Positions 35,901 through 49,700 of a DNA stretch of 64,000 bases are shown in pieces. Source of the stretch: Trichosphaerium sp. ATCC 40318. Its lineage: Eukaryota; Protista; Tubulinea. Each line of letters begins with the position of its first letter. Positions within the stretch are counted from its first letter, which is position 1. Both the position numbers and the translations under genes were made by a program. The stretch lies in contig JALMLS010000344.1 in assembly GCA_038496445.1 (NCBI GenBank), forward strand, positions 372,001-436,000, in the 5' to 3' direction. The notes under the pieces are model-generated. The model was not told the origin of the DNA. It was given only the letters and a program-made list of their open reading frames with translations, and ran no database searches.

Positions 35901-37731
35901 TTTTTAATGCAATGATACATACTTGGTCTGGGAACGAACTCATCCTGAAGTAGGAACCAAGAAGACTGATAACTTCCATTTCTTTGCCATGTTTTTTCTT
36001 GTTTGGCATCCAACTTGGTAACGTCATGTACTAGTATAAGATGTCAGTGTTGCTTCATCAATGCAAACAAACTCCTTACCAGTCGCTGTAGAGGCTTATG
36101 CCTTAGCAGTCGCTCCAAAGCTATATAAGGTCTGTGGTATTTATCTTGTTCTAGTAAATTTGTTTCGCGCATACGCGTCGATAAGGCAAGAAAGATTGGT
36201 TCGAATATCTAAAAGAATCAGTAAACTTTGTAAAGTGCATAGGCCGACATACATCACGCAAGATAACTTTATCGTCTTTGAATCTGAACACAAGTCGTAA
36301 CAGGAAATCACGTGGTAGAGCTTTAGGCTCGCGACTTTCTGCCATTAACATAGGCACCATTTGGAGAGGCCCTATAATTATTAATTTTTTAATAACAATC
36401 ACATTTAAAGGAAGTACCTGTTGTTTCTTCTGTAGAAAACAAATCACCACCACTTGAAAAAAAAAATGTGAGAAAAAAATTGATACTAAAATTAGGTAAT
36501 GCCAACCTGACAGTTGAAGGGAAATGTGTAGGATTTTGTAACACATAACCTGCGTATGACACAGACATCTTTAAGCAATGTTCTAATAAGTCTTTACGCT
36601 CAGGATCCTTAAAATAGCGTTATAACGTGCTATATCACGTGTAATCATTTTTACAGTGCATACCTTGTTTTCTGTTTTACCACGGAATACCCAAGCTCTT
36701 TTATAGCACGCCAGTAGAAACATGAATAAATCTGTACCAAGAATTGTTTCATCGCGAACAGAGCAGATATGAACGACTACAGCCTCCACATCTTTCTTTG
36801 TCAAAGCTGTCAAGGCTACACAATACGTCAATAACACCAATGAACAAAAAGCCACGTACAGCGGGAATCCTGCTTGAATTCTTTTGCCATATTATCGAGG
36901 TACAACAACTAAAACAAAATTATTACGTCACTGACACATCACCTTTTCGCACTCCATGCTGCCTCCTCTCTGGAGATAAGGTTATGTTAAATATTGAAAA
37001 AATGGTCTCTGGTTCCCACGACACAAACGGTTGTTTATTGGCTGTAAGAGGAACATTAGGTCTTTGTACTGTTTATTTGAATTTATAGAATCGTACCTTG
37101 ACTTATAAAAGGGCGTTTTAGGGAATCTGGGGTACCAGACTGTTGAGGTGAGAATGTAGGCGAACCAGGAAATCCAACTCTACAGCCATGTCAATTTTTA
37201 AACGGTTTAATAAACGTACGGCGAGCTAGGGGAGAACATAGGAGCGGAGTTGCCGAAGGAGGATGGTTGTTGGGGCGAATTAGCAGGAATAGATATATTG
37301 CTTGTCGGCGTTATGTCCATAGGTGCAGTGGTACTGGGGATCGGTGCTGGAGAGGTTGGAGGAGGCGAGTTCTGTTTGCTGAAGTTAATTTTGTTGAAGT
37401 AACCTAGAATTACGCGTACTATTACAACTGGTGGCTGTATTACTTGTGGGGGCGTTTGAGGTTGAGCAGGCGGCGTTTGAGCGCGCTGAGTAAATCTTGC
37501 AAGACGTTTTAAACGCATTTGTTCGGCGGTTAAAGATGCCTGATCCATACGCACTACAGGGGGCTGTGTAGTTGCGGTATCACCGCTTTGTTCATTTGTG
37601 TTGGTGTCAATTTCCATGTTGTCTGGTTGTTGATCATTTTCGCCAGTGTCCATGGCGTCAGATTCAGCGTTGGGTGGATTTTTGTCATCATCTTCTTCTG
37701 TTCGTCTCCGTAATACGAGTCTATTAGACAT
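32920..37731 (-). CDS. UFD2: Ubiquitin conjugation factor E4 (Ufd2/UBE4B-like, U-box)
   Basis: [68 protein letters not shown] and the U-box [17 protein letters not shown]...[19 protein letters not shown]. Confidence 0.93.
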
Positions 37732-37887
37732 ACTTCACGAAACACGTTAAATTATAGTGAAGTGACGGCTTACAGCTGTGTTTGAAGCGATATTACCCAG
37801 TTTGACCAAATAGAGTTGTAAGGCTAGAAATTTTATGACTACGGCTATTTTTTTTCGTTCTAACTTTATCGGTATTGACGGGGCAAC

Positions 37888-38532
37888 ATGGCACTTGTAA
37901 AAACAAAGAACATAGATGATGTTATCATCCGAGCGAAGAAGATCAAAAAGAACAAACTTCTCCTCAGAAGACAAATGGTACGTTTTACCACGCAATTACA
38001 CTGTAAAATACGCCTAAAACACAGCGCCGCCTTACTGGCGTTTCTGCACTTCTATGTTTTTTCCCTCACTTTTCGACGCCTCTAAACCTCACAGGTAATT
38101 GACGTTATCCATCCTGGAAAAGACTGCATCACCAAAGCAAAGTTACAAGATGCTCTAGGCGAAATGTTCGAATGCAAGGACTCCAAACAAGTCGTTCTCT
38201 ACGGAACCCGCCACGCATACGGCGGTGGTAGAAGCACATGCATGTGTTTGATTTACGAAACAATTGCCGCTGCAAAGCAATTTGAACCTAAATTCCGTCT
38301 TGCTAGAGTACGTGCCGCAATATGCATAATTACACTAAACTCGCGCGCTTTTAAGTGCAATTCAAGTTTGTTTCACCATTTTTTTTCAATTCGCGCTCGG
38401 CTCTGTGCTAACGTGTTATTTTAGGTCGGTCTTGCCACTGTAGATCACTCCACTAACCGCAAATCGTACAAAGAAAGACGCCACAAGCGTAAAAAGCTCA
38501 AGGGTATCAAAAAGTATTCCATCAAGATGTAA
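37888..38532 (+). CDS. RPS24: 40S ribosomal protein S24 (eS24), 3 exons
   Basis: IRAKKIKKNKLLLRRQM|VIDVIHPG...YGGGRST..LIY...AKQFEPKFRLAR|VGL...RKSYKERRHKRKK. Introns at 37978-38094 and 38308-38424. Confidence 0.93.
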
Positions 38533-38650
38533 TAAAGGAAGTTTTTATATCCATGACATTACGCACGTTGTTAATACACTAATTATAAGAAGTTTATTCA
38601 ACATTTTTTTTCATTTGTTATTATTATTGGTTTACAATCGATTGGCGACA

Positions 38651-40295
38651 CTACGAGGTGAAAGTTTTTTCTAGTGCCTTTTCGAACATTTGCATCGCAC
38701 AAACGCACTCTTGTTCGGTTACAATGAGTGGAGGCACCATGCGTATAGTATTTTTTGTTCCACAATTAAGAATGTACATGTATTGTTCCAACGCGTTTTG
38801 GATAATCTTTGTCGCAGTACCTTTTGGCGAGTCATCGAAATCAATGCCTATCATAAGGCCCTTGCCGCGAATGTCAGTTATTTGCGGAAATTTCTTTTGT
38901 AATGTGAATAGTGCGTCAAATAGTTGCTTGCTTCTTTCGTTCACGTTTTTCTTGAAAGAAGGATCGCTCAGGATATCAAGTGTTGCTATACTTGCTGCAC
39001 AAGATACAGCATTCCCAGAGTATGTACCGCCCATTGAACCAGGTGGTTGGTGTTTTGTTAGCTCGGAGGAAGCGGCAATTGCCGACAGAGGAAAACCGCT
39101 AGCCAAGCCTTTTGCCATTACCAAAATATCTAAAAAAAACGGTTACATGGGACACATTTTGTAGACAAATAGTGTACCTGGCTCCACGCCTTCATGTTGA
39201 TAAGCGAACATTTCTCCAGTGCGCATAAACCCTGTTTGTACTTCATCAAATATGAGTAAGATGCCCTTCTTATTACAAAACTAATAACGGCTGTTAGAAG
39301 CGTATCCAAGTAGTGCACAGTACTTCACGTAAAAATGTCAAAAATCCTGGAGGAGGTGGGATGTAGCCTCCCTCTCCAAGAACTGGTTCTATGATTATCG
39401 CTGCCGTCTCTTCAGGGCTAGTGTATCTCTGAAAGAAATCTTCGAAGTCTTCTTCGTACGAACGGCAGCAAATACCGTCTAGAGTGCGTCAAAATACGGT
39501 TGAGATAATGTCGACTACCTTCTTTTGGTAGTTTACATTTGACACAATTTGGAAAAGGCGCAAAATATCCGCCAGGAGGCAGTGGTCCGAATCCTAATTG
39601 TTGTCATACTATGTGTAGCTAATACTCGTACCAGCGCCATACACTGTCTTACTAGAAGTAATAAACAGAGTGCCAATAGATCGACCGTGATAGCTACCAC
39701 TCATAGCTACAATGTTTGGTTTTTTGGTTGCTTGTCTTGCTAGCTTAATGGCCGCTTCTACTGCATCAGAACCGCTAGAACTCATTTATTATATGTACTG
39801 CTTTATAGGAATGCCTGTTATTGAAGAACACTCTGTCCAGGCTTTTGGGAAGTAGCGGCAGAAGCTTTTGTGTGAGCTCTAAGAGAAAGTAAGTTAAAAC
39901 TTCTTAAAGTAACATTACGTACCTATCATTTTTTTGTGCATGAATATATTTACTTGACCGTGAACCATATTTTCTATCTGAGCAGCTGCTGCTTTGGTAA
40001 CTTTTGGATGACAATGTCCTTGGATATAAAAGTTAATTGCTTTTTTTTCCATATCAGGTTTTTCAGGATAATCTGGATTACAAGTACCTGTGTTTGTAAC
40101 GCCAATCCCAGCACTAAAATCGAGGTATCTGGTATTATCTACATCGTACAGCCAGCATCCTTTCGCCTTTAAATTGACTGTTAGGTGAGGCTAATTTTGG
40201 AAGAAAACTGAAATGGTTTTACTTGCCTTTTCCATTACGACATTCGATAGTCTTCCTATGCCTTGTGTTATGTGATCAACGCCATAAGAAGACAT
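38651..40295 (-). CDS. Class-III PLP-dependent aminotransferase (4-aminobutyrate/acetylornithine aminotransferase-like)
   Basis: [73 protein letters not shown] (PLP Lys), GGTYSGNA and IRGKGLMIG. Confidence 0.9.
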
Positions 40296-40669
40296 TTCAG
40301 CGTGGGTTTTTGACATATTGCTTTGGGTTTGGTACGATCTTTATCGGTTTAGCTTTACAACAATGAAACACGTTTTCATCGCACCTTACACGCTCCGCGC
40401 TTGTTTTTGTGCGGATAATTGCGGATCTGGAAGTGCGATTAGTATTATGTGCGATTGTAAACGTTTCTGGTAACACTACCTCATCTTTAGGATTGAACGC
40501 ATTATGAACAGCTAAAAAGTGCTCAAAGATGTTCAAAAAGCCAACTGTCTTTGTTTTACGTTGAAACCCAACGTTATACTAGTAGTGCGTACGTTGCGCA
40601 CGCTACAGAACAAAGGTCAAGAAATGGTCCTGGAAATTTTTTTTGAACTGAGTTTTCGAAAAATAAACA

Positions 40670-41417
40670 ATGGACCAATCTTCGCTCAATGGAGGTAATT
40701 TTGTACCAGAATCTAGTGCCGGCCTTTTAGATGAACCAGAGCCAGAAGAAACGAAAGTAAAAGACGAAGCAGTTTCTTTATTGGCAAAAGGGCTTATAGA
40801 CAATTTTTATACCACTCAAGAGGCTGCACGCACTAAATTGGGAGAATTACAGTGCGTGACATAGTAAAACATTGCTAAAATTGTCTAAATCACGTGGTCA
40901 AGAACCCAACAAGCTAAATGGTCTAATGAATTGAAAAAAGAGAGTACACTTATGATTAGAGCTCAAGACGAAATGTTTGAAGCCAAGTACTTAGTACGGT
41001 AACTAATGGTACATTACATGGTCTGACACAACTAGTTCCTTCAATTGCCTGCGTATATGAACAAGCTGAACAGAATTGTACAAGAGATGCAAGTAATTAA
41101 TAGGTATGTATGAGTGAGTGTAAGGCAGTATACTTTTAGAGGTTAATGGTAATAAAGGCGCATGAGGAACTTAAAAAATGCAACACAGCGATTAACTAAC
41201 CAACAACAAAGAGTACTACTTTAAATTTTTGTTTTATGTTCCAGTTACTTTCTTTGTCATGCATGTGAGTGACGTTATATTCAAGAAAGGTTTGCGAGAA
41301 GCAGAAATGGATCATGCACAGACAAAACTATTTCCCAAAGCAGGTGCGCCCACTGACACGTTCTCGTTGTTGTGTTTTAACTTGAAGAATAAAAGTGACA
41401 CCTACGATATTGAATAA
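40670..41417 (+). CDS. Snapin/pallidin family coiled-coil protein (BLOC-1 subunit-like)
   Basis: LLAKGLIDNF...KLGELQ-TQQ...FLQLPAYMNKLNRIVQEMQVINRRMRNLK matches the pallidin/snapin pattern (Y..KL..I...M.....R...LK). Confidence 0.65.
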
Positions 41418-41809
41418 TCCATCACCTAAAAGAAAGTTGGCGAAACAAAAACGAGCAAATAAGGTTGTAATAGGCACGTGACTACCTAAAAACAAAGCCC
41501 TCACCTAACTGGTATTAAAAGAAAACGTGGACTTAAAACCTAAGCCAAAGGACCCTATGGAAGGAACACCAAGCAGCTCAGAATAAGACCACGCCGTTTT
41601 TTTGAACGGTCCGAAAATGTCACTCGAAACTGCTTGTGTAGTAAAAAAAAACTAAAAAGATGACTGTCATTTATGTCAAAATCGAAAAAAACTTTTCATC
41701 TCACGTCACCTGTTGCGCGTTTTTTTTGCGCTAGCGCTTGTTGTGCACAAAATCGCAACAAAAAAAAATAAAGCGAGCATAAAGTCAAAAAACAAACTAG
41801 CGTTACATC

Positions 41810-43955
41810 ATGGCAGACGAGGCGGCAATGCAGCAGGAGGTAGTTGCTGAACCAGAAGTACCCGTACAAAAAGAGGTTGAGGAACCAACACAAGAAGAAG
41901 CAGTCGCCGATAAGGCGCCAGAACCTACACCAGCTGCAGAACCAGCGAGTGCTGGAGGTACTCTTGAATATTATCGATGTTTTATCACTTTTTTTTTCTT
42001 CAATACTATCAGTTCTTTCGTCACGTGCTCTACGAGCGTTTTACACTATTTTGCGTTCGCTTACGTAATGTTAGATAACGGGTTACTCGACGCTGTCGAA
42101 AAAATAGCTAGCATTGGTGACTTATCGAAGAGGTTAGAAGCATTTCAAGCGCTAGCTGCAAAAACCGATCCCAGTACGTTTTCTGAAAAGTTTTTTTTTT
42201 GCTAATCACGTGAAAGGTACTTTGAAAACAGACGCTTCATACAGTGCGTATCTTGTATTGATAGCTGGTTTCTTTGGTTCGCTTTGCGGTATTGTAAAGG
42301 ATAAGGTCAAATTCATCGAGAAAAAGGTTGAGATATTTTTGCTTCTTGCAGGCGAGAACAATATCGAGTGGCCAGAGGAGAAGCTTAACAATTTTAAAAA
42401 ATATTACATGTTACTTGAAGGTTTCTTTTTGGATGTTGACATCAACTCTTTACTTGTACGTCGTATGCATAACGCAACAAGCTAATATTGACAACAAACT
42501 AATAATAAACTTTCGTAGACTGCTGGTGATGTTCCACCACCTCCACCACCACCTCCAGCCCCTCCTATGGGTGGTCCAATGGCAGGCGGTTCTAGTGCGC
42601 CTCGAAGAAGTGCAAATCCATTTGCTGGGTCTGCAGGCTCAAGTGCGTCTTTCTTTTTTCTAGTTTTATTTTACACAATTTTATTTTAATTTGATATGTA
42701 GGCAGCGGTGGTGGACCAAGTTTGTTAGGACAAATTGGTGCTGGCGTTGCTTTAAAGTGCGTTGTATAATTTGATACTACACGTCAAAATTTGTCACGTG
42801 ACGAATGTGATAAATTAATTACATTTTTGTTCACTTGACGGAAAATTAATGGTGTTTACAGAAAAACACCACAAAATGCTAGACCAAGACCAGCTGCCCC
42901 TACAAACGACCTAATGGCCCAAATTGCAGCTGGTGTGCGACTGAAGAAGGCACCAAAGCCTGTCAGACCTAAACGTATGTTGCTAAAATTGCTAAGTAAC
43001 TACATTGGTTGACAACAATTAGCTGGTTCAAGACCAAAGACGTATATGAATCCAATTGCTGCTGCTGTGGCTGGTGGCGCACGTGGTCGTCTGAGAAAAT
43101 CTAGTGTATCTGATGTACGTCTTACTGTTTTATACCTTTTGTGTTCTTAGTATCTCCACAAGATCTTGACGAAGCCATGGGAAACAGCTAGAAATAAAAA
43201 CGTCAACAAGGGCGTAGATTGGCGTGGATACCTAAAGCAAAAGAGTGGTGTCGTTATGGATCCTAAACCTGCTAAGCCAACAGGTTCAGCAGAACCAAAG
43301 TTAATGTTTCAATTGCGTAAAACTGATAAGGCAGCACCACGTCCTGCTTCTCGCCGTGTAAAGAGCTATGCTCCAGGCATGCTGCAAAAGGATATGGCTG
43401 CTCTGCAACCAGCGATTGAAAAGGTAGGATCGACCACGCACTATAAATCACTTAATTACTTTAGGCACGTGAGGAAGATAGGAAACGTGAAGAAGCTAGA
43501 AAGGTATTTATATTATTACTTCACATTTTCTTACATTATCACTAGGCCCCTGAGAAACCAGTTGTAAAGAATACCGAACCAGCACCAACTAAAGAGCCAG
43601 TGAAATCTCCAGAACCTAAGAAAGCGCCTGAACCTGTTAAAGAACCCGCCAAAGCTCCAGAACCTGCTAAGGAACCAGTGAAAGCACCTGAACCTGTCAA
43701 AGAACCAGAGCCTGTAAAGAAAATTGAACCTGTAACTGCACCTGTAAAAGCTGAACCACAGAAGTCTGAGCCTGTAAATGCGACTATACCAAAGAAAGTT
43801 GCGCCAGCTAAAACGGCAACTTCGAAGTTGAAGACTGGTGCAAACAAGGTACTGTTTAATAATTTTATTTATTTTATCTTGACGTTTGTACTGATTTGGT
43901 TTTTCTTTAGCGTGCCAGTATGCGTGTAGCAAAATTAATGTCAATGTTTGAGTGA
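41810..43955 (+). CDS. Proline-rich, multi-WH2-like actin-associated protein
   Basis: PPPPPPPPAPP, then SLLGQIGAGVALKKT, DLMAQIAAGVRLKKA, GRLRKS, DWRGYLKQK and FQLRKT (WH2-like LKK motifs), PEPVKE repeats and a terminal RVAKLMSMFE* after the last intron. Confidence 0.7.
43575..43770 (+). repeat. Coding tandem repeat (K[A/E]PEP[V/A]KEP units)
   Basis: Imperfect nucleotide repeats such as GAACCTGTTAAAGAACC and GAACCTGCTAAGGAACC encoding PEPVKE. Confidence 0.75.
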
Positions 43956-44033
43956 TCGCACGTGATTAAATTTATACGTTTAGTTCATATTTAGTAATAG
44001 ACAGCTTTGAGCAAATTAAATAAAATTGTAGCT

Positions 44034-46676
44034 TCACTCTACTTTTTTCCTTTCATTCCTCATGTTATCCACTAATTTTTTTAAGTCTCCAGCTACTCCT
44101 TTGTTAGTAGGGGTTAGGAGGTTAATATCTACATACTTGTATGAACATCTTGTGACATTGCAACAATTATACAATGATGGTAAAGTTGTGTACAATTATG
44201 GTCACGTGAAAATTGAAAAAAGTCCAAAACGTTTTCTGTAGAAATAAGCGGTTGTAAAGCTCTTTCACAATATTGTACAAATCTTCTTATTCCTAAAAAG
44301 TTGCCAAGAACACAAGCTAATGATTATAAGTGTCAAGAATTCTATCAAAAAGTTTACCTTCACTAATACTTGCTGGGTGCTCAGACCATATAGTTTCGTT
44401 GGGTAAGTCAGTATACAAGTAATAAAGTACAGATGTAAATGCCAATACAGAAAATTCTGGTAAGCAGATCGTATCCATTGAACTATTTTTTTATTATTAA
44501 TAGCTCGCTATTAACCTACTTGTACCTTTCAAGCATACCACTGCCCAGCATTTGTTTAAAATAAGTCGATCGCGATGTTAGAATATCCCTTGAATTCATA
44601 ACATCAATTTTAACTCAATCAGTCATGTAGCATACCTGTGAGCCTTGCACGTGCCATCACTTAACTTTATTGTTATGTCTGTGTTTTTGTTTGGAATACG
44701 TGGACGTTGGCGGGAAGTTAGTAGTGTCACCAAGGAAGATACACCAAGTTCTTTAGCGACTCTCATAATATGTCTCTTTGTATCACTCTCCATAATCTCG
44801 ATGTGTTGTGGAGATGATGCATAGTAGGCACAACTCACTAACATTTTGATGTCAGCAATGTCAAAATTCGAATTGTTGATAGTAATCACATTTGACTTGG
44901 CTTCCTAAGTACGTACTTAGTTCAAGAGTTAGTGTTGTAAAATCGAATAAACCTTGCTATTATACAGTTCGGGCATACAATAATCAATAATAAATCTATG
45001 GCAAGGTACAGATTGATTCATTATTGATATTGTAGTGACGCTTGATTTAGGCTTGTCTTCTTGTAGTGTCTTTACATCTTGATGAAATCTACTGGGCACT
45101 ACTATTTGTATTGTTGGAACACTAAAAACTATACTTTGATTAGGAAAAGGCTACTATCGAAGTTCTATACCTTTCTGTGCTAGTTCTTTTGTTTGTACAA
45201 TCATAGAAGTACTCATACTTCCAGAAAATTTTGAAGTTAACACATCAGTGCGACCATGTTCTAACCAAGCCGCACATGCAATATCTATACATGACGTAAG
45301 TTTTATTCAAATTCATAAATAATCACGTACTACATATATCACATATATCCTTTAACGTTCCAAGAGTAAGTTGACTTGAACGGAGGCTGATTTCATTTGT
45401 ATCGTAAAGAAATTGTAGCAGTGCTTTAACGCAACCTAGAAAACAGAACTTGATACCAGTGCAACGTATTTTATAATTACCTTGTTCAGCAACAGCAAAC
45501 GTAAGATGATCTATTCGGATTTTAAGTGTGAGTACGTAAGCAAAACCTACCTGCTTTCGACGCTAAGTTTTTCAAAGTTCCGACTACCTTTAGGACATTA
45601 GTTCACTTGCTACCAATAAGTGTCTCACCTCATATACGATATTGTCATTGTCTCCATGTGCTTTGATAACACGCAATAGAGCTCGTATCAAATCAGGAAA
45701 CACCCCGGTATCAATATCATCAGGTTCTGTGCCTCGTTATAGCATGTAAAAATGGTGACTTGTACCTGCATGACATGCAATATTCCTTAATGCGCCAGCG
45801 CCGCTACCTTGATAAAAACTTAGTTTACTTGCACTGTATGAATAGGTTTAAAGTACGTATGCATTCTATGTTCTCTGAATCGAGAAGAGATATAAAGTAC
45901 TTCAGGCCTTGAATGATAATTTTTCCGTATTGTTCTATTTATGGTCACGTGATTTTTTTTAAATTCTTGCAAAATACCTTGTTCACTTTAGGTAAAAGCA
46001 TTAGCATAGAAAAGAGAATATCACCGCACCTGAGGTTGTGTAGCACACCAGCCGCTCTGTGCTGTATCTTCACATTAGCACTTTGACAAAGAACTAGCAA
46101 AGGTTGAATGCCACCACATTTGACAAGCCTGTTTCTGTTGGTACGGTCAACACCAAAGATGAGGTTTCTCAACGCGGATGATGCCGCCATTAGAACCTTA
46201 ACATGCAGTAAGATTAGTTGCATCTACCATTTGCGACTCACCAACGGACTGGTGCTATGGAGGAGACTGACAAGTTTTTCGATTCCACCTGAACAAACAA
46301 TTATGCCGCTAGTCTTACCTCCTACGCACCGGCTTTACCAATGAGCTGTCTATTTGGGTCTGCAAAACTTGTTAACATTAAAAAGTCAAAATAACTGTAC
46401 AAACCGTGCTGGTAGACCACATTGGTAAGTAAGCGACCAGTGGCGGCAATTATTTTGTCTGTACTATCTAAGAAGCTCAATATTAGCTCTATGCCCTCAC
46501 TGCCAATTTGATTCCTGTGATTCCCTTTTCGTAGCGTCAGTGGTAGTTTCTCGGGTACAAGTACAGTCTTTGTACGCCAACGAAGATAGCCGTTTAATTC
46601 GCTGCGTAATAACATCAGGATCTCGCTCTACAGTTAATTGATGTAATACAGAAGTAATTTCTGTGTTTGTGGCCAT
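44034..46676 (-). CDS. Armadillo-repeat + BTB/POZ-domain protein
   Basis: ARM motifs (NRNQIGSEGIELILSFL, ASSALRNL...NRNRLVKCGGIQPLLVL, AAGVLHNL) followed by BTB-like segments (TDITIKLSDGTCKAHR...SRSTYFKQML...FTSVLYYLYTD). Confidence 0.8.
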
Positions 46677-46790
46677 GTTGAGGTTGTGGTACAAGTGTAA
46701 AATATTGCCAATTTTCAAGGGTACAAAATACGCTTAAACGTTGTAACTTGGGCATCTGTACTATCAACCAATGCTTCATAACGCCTAAAC

Positions 46791-49700
46791 ATGCACAATG
46801 CAACCGATAATACGCAATTTCTGTTCAACCTGCACAAATATCTCACTGACAGACCACGTATGCTTAAATAGACTGTAATTTGATAACTTTTAATAGTGGA
46901 AAGCTTTCGAGATGGTCTTGAGCGACTAACACTGAATCCACGCTGTTTAAAGTATCTCACAGGATGTTTGAAGGCTTTGGAGAAGTCTGGATCGTTTTTG
47001 CGACCCAGTACGAATATTCGTTATCTACAAGTACTTTTCTAAGCGCAAGTAGTTGTAATAAATAGGGGATCGCTTGATCGAAGCAAATTGCTTGATTTGC
47101 AGTTCTATGTCGAAAACGTTCGCTCAATGCGAGTACGTGAACAGTCTTACGCCTTTTCTGTGTAACAGCGTGTCAGATAATGCCAAAAGATGACGTGGAA
47201 GGTATTTTTGAACCGACAGAACAAATTAGCCTTGAAGCTTTTAAGAATCTGCAAGTGTTAGAGGTAAGCATAACAATCACGATCAAAAGTTGACATCTGA
47301 CAGATACGATACATCAAACCTATGTTCGATCTCAAGTTCCTCTCTTCGCGCTTGACTATGTTTGTTGCGTACGGTTGCGTGCAAAGTATAGCGGACGTGC
47401 TTGGAACAGAGGAAATGCCGCTTGAATGGAAGCATTTATCAAACTTTTCATGCCTGTACAACGACTTAGGCGAATGCGATGCAGCACTGGTACCATAAGA
47501 AAAGTCTCCAGGATTTGTTCAACGCCTTACAACTTTCAGAAAAGAGCAGCAGAAGTAACTGCACTTGATCTTGGGCATAACAAGCTCACGTCCCTAGAGA
47601 ATTTAAACTCTTGTATTGGCGTGGCAACCTTAAATTTAAGTACGTGATTTTGTGTTACACAATTATTTGATGCATCCCAAAACTTAAAGAAAGTAGGCTA
47701 CAACCTCTTGAAGGAATTTGGCGCTTGGGCGCACTTGGGGAACTTATCTTCATTGTATTACCAATAATTTGTTGACGAGTTTGAGTGGCATTGATGTTAG
47801 TGTTTTTTTGCTTGTCAATTTGTATATCTGAATTGCTTCTTTACAATCGTCTAGACTCTTATGGCTCTTAAACGATTAGACGTTAGAGATAACCAGATAT
47901 CAAATATAGAAGAATGCTACAAACTTGACAAGTTACCATTACTAGAACACTTGAGAATCATTGGCAATCCAATCAGCACAGACAAACACACAAATGATTT
48001 GTTGTTTGGTCATTTTACAAGACCTGTACGTAAAACCTTATTCCAGATTTATTCCTAACTTTGCCGTAGGGGTTTAAAATTGACGGAAAGTATGCATCGT
48101 CAGCAATGGCTAGGAGGGACTCGGTACAGTAATTCAAAAATTGTGACAATGCTAACTTTTTTTGAAAGAAAACAGCTTTTGTTCAGGCAACACTAAGTAG
48201 AAGTGTCATTGAACGACCAAAAGTAGCTGCGAGAAAAGTACGTTCATATCCTATATATTAATTTTAATGGTGTTCAGAAAAAAAAGCGTAAAAAGCGTGT
48301 TGTTTTAATAGAATCAGGTACAACCGCTGTAGAAACGTCAAGTTTACATTTATTGAGGTGACACACCACCAATTAGTAGAAATAGTTCTCCAGTTGCTTC
48401 ATCGCCTAGAGTGAGTCAAACTCCTCCACGAGAACCAGAACCAGCCAATCCATTTGGTGATGAAGAACCAGCAAACCCCTTTGGTGATGAAGAACCTGCC
48501 AATCCTTTTGACGAAGTTATAGCACCAGTGAGCGAATCCTCAAATCCGTTTGATGATGAAGGTGAAGAACAAAAATCAACCCCTCCAAACCCCTTTGGTG
48601 ATGAACCAGAATCTGATTCGCCCAACAACCCATTCGGCGACGAACCGGTACCACAACAGCAATCACAACCACAACCTCAACCACCAAGACCATCTATTCC
48701 TATACAGGTGAACGCTTCGACAGTACCATTGTCTACCAAAGGCGGTTATATTACTCATTATGAACGTGTTGGCAAAGGTTGCGCACATTAAATATTAAAA
48801 ACACTAACCATTGTACCAGCCAACGCTGAAGAAGTACGAGAAAAACGACAACAACAAGGCGATAAATGGTTACTATCGTACACAGCAACTGTAGAGAATG
48901 ATGAGAATACATATAGCCCAACAATTTATGCACCCGATGATCAGGATGACATTATAGGGAAGGAAATAATAGTTGACAATAGCTCTGAAGAAGGGCCTTC
49001 TAACCCTTTTGGTGATGAAGAAGAGGAACCCAAAAAGCAGTAAGAGCCGCTGTTTCTGAAGCCAACTCAAAGTTGTAGGCAAGCAAGACCATGGACTCGG
49101 ATATCTGTACCTACTGAGCAAGAGAACCAAGTTCAACCCTCAAACGATATTAAAAATAAACCCGTGTCGACGAGGGTGCGTAGAGAACAACGACCATCGA
49201 TCGGTGTAAGGAAAGTGCGCTCAACGCCAGGAAAACTTGAGGTATTGTTACATTATGTAGCTCTTTCTTATACTTTCAAGAAACCCAAAACTAAAGAGCC
49301 TACTCGGTTGGATCCAAAAAGTATACTAGATGAAGTAGATGAGTACGATAGATATTGTTTTAAAGTGTTAACATTCATAGCATTGTTGAGAGTTTCATCG
49401 TACTTACTAAGAACGAAGACGGCAAATGGGAAGATAGGATTCTTCAAGTCACACGTAAAACTCTTGTAGAGTGCGATATGATCAGCTTGGAGAAACTTAG
49501 TACAATGCCACTTTCCAACTTGGTCCGGTTGATCAGAAGAGACGATTGCACGTTGAATTGTTGTTAGCAATTTACTCATTTGTCATTTAGCAAAGGGACC
49601 AATGATTGCCGTAGAACTGGAAGAACCAGGGGAATCCGCATTGCAAACTAATATTATAACGTGTCAATATCGAATGGAGAATGACGAAGATGCTTCAAGT

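Noticed and set aside
37978-38424. Both RPS24 introns are exactly 117 nt; possible snoRNA hosts or duplicated introns
   Set aside because: No evident mutual similarity and no convincing C/D or H/ACA boxes; treated as coincidence.
40297-40536. 79-aa ORF upstream of the aminotransferase
   Set aside because: Lies in the divergent promoter region with no recognisable motif; insufficient support.
43850-43929. Hydrophobic C-terminus of ORF 43600-43929 as a TM anchor
   Set aside because: It is a translated T-rich intron (GTACTG...TTTAG); the spliced end is RASMRVAKLMSMFE*.
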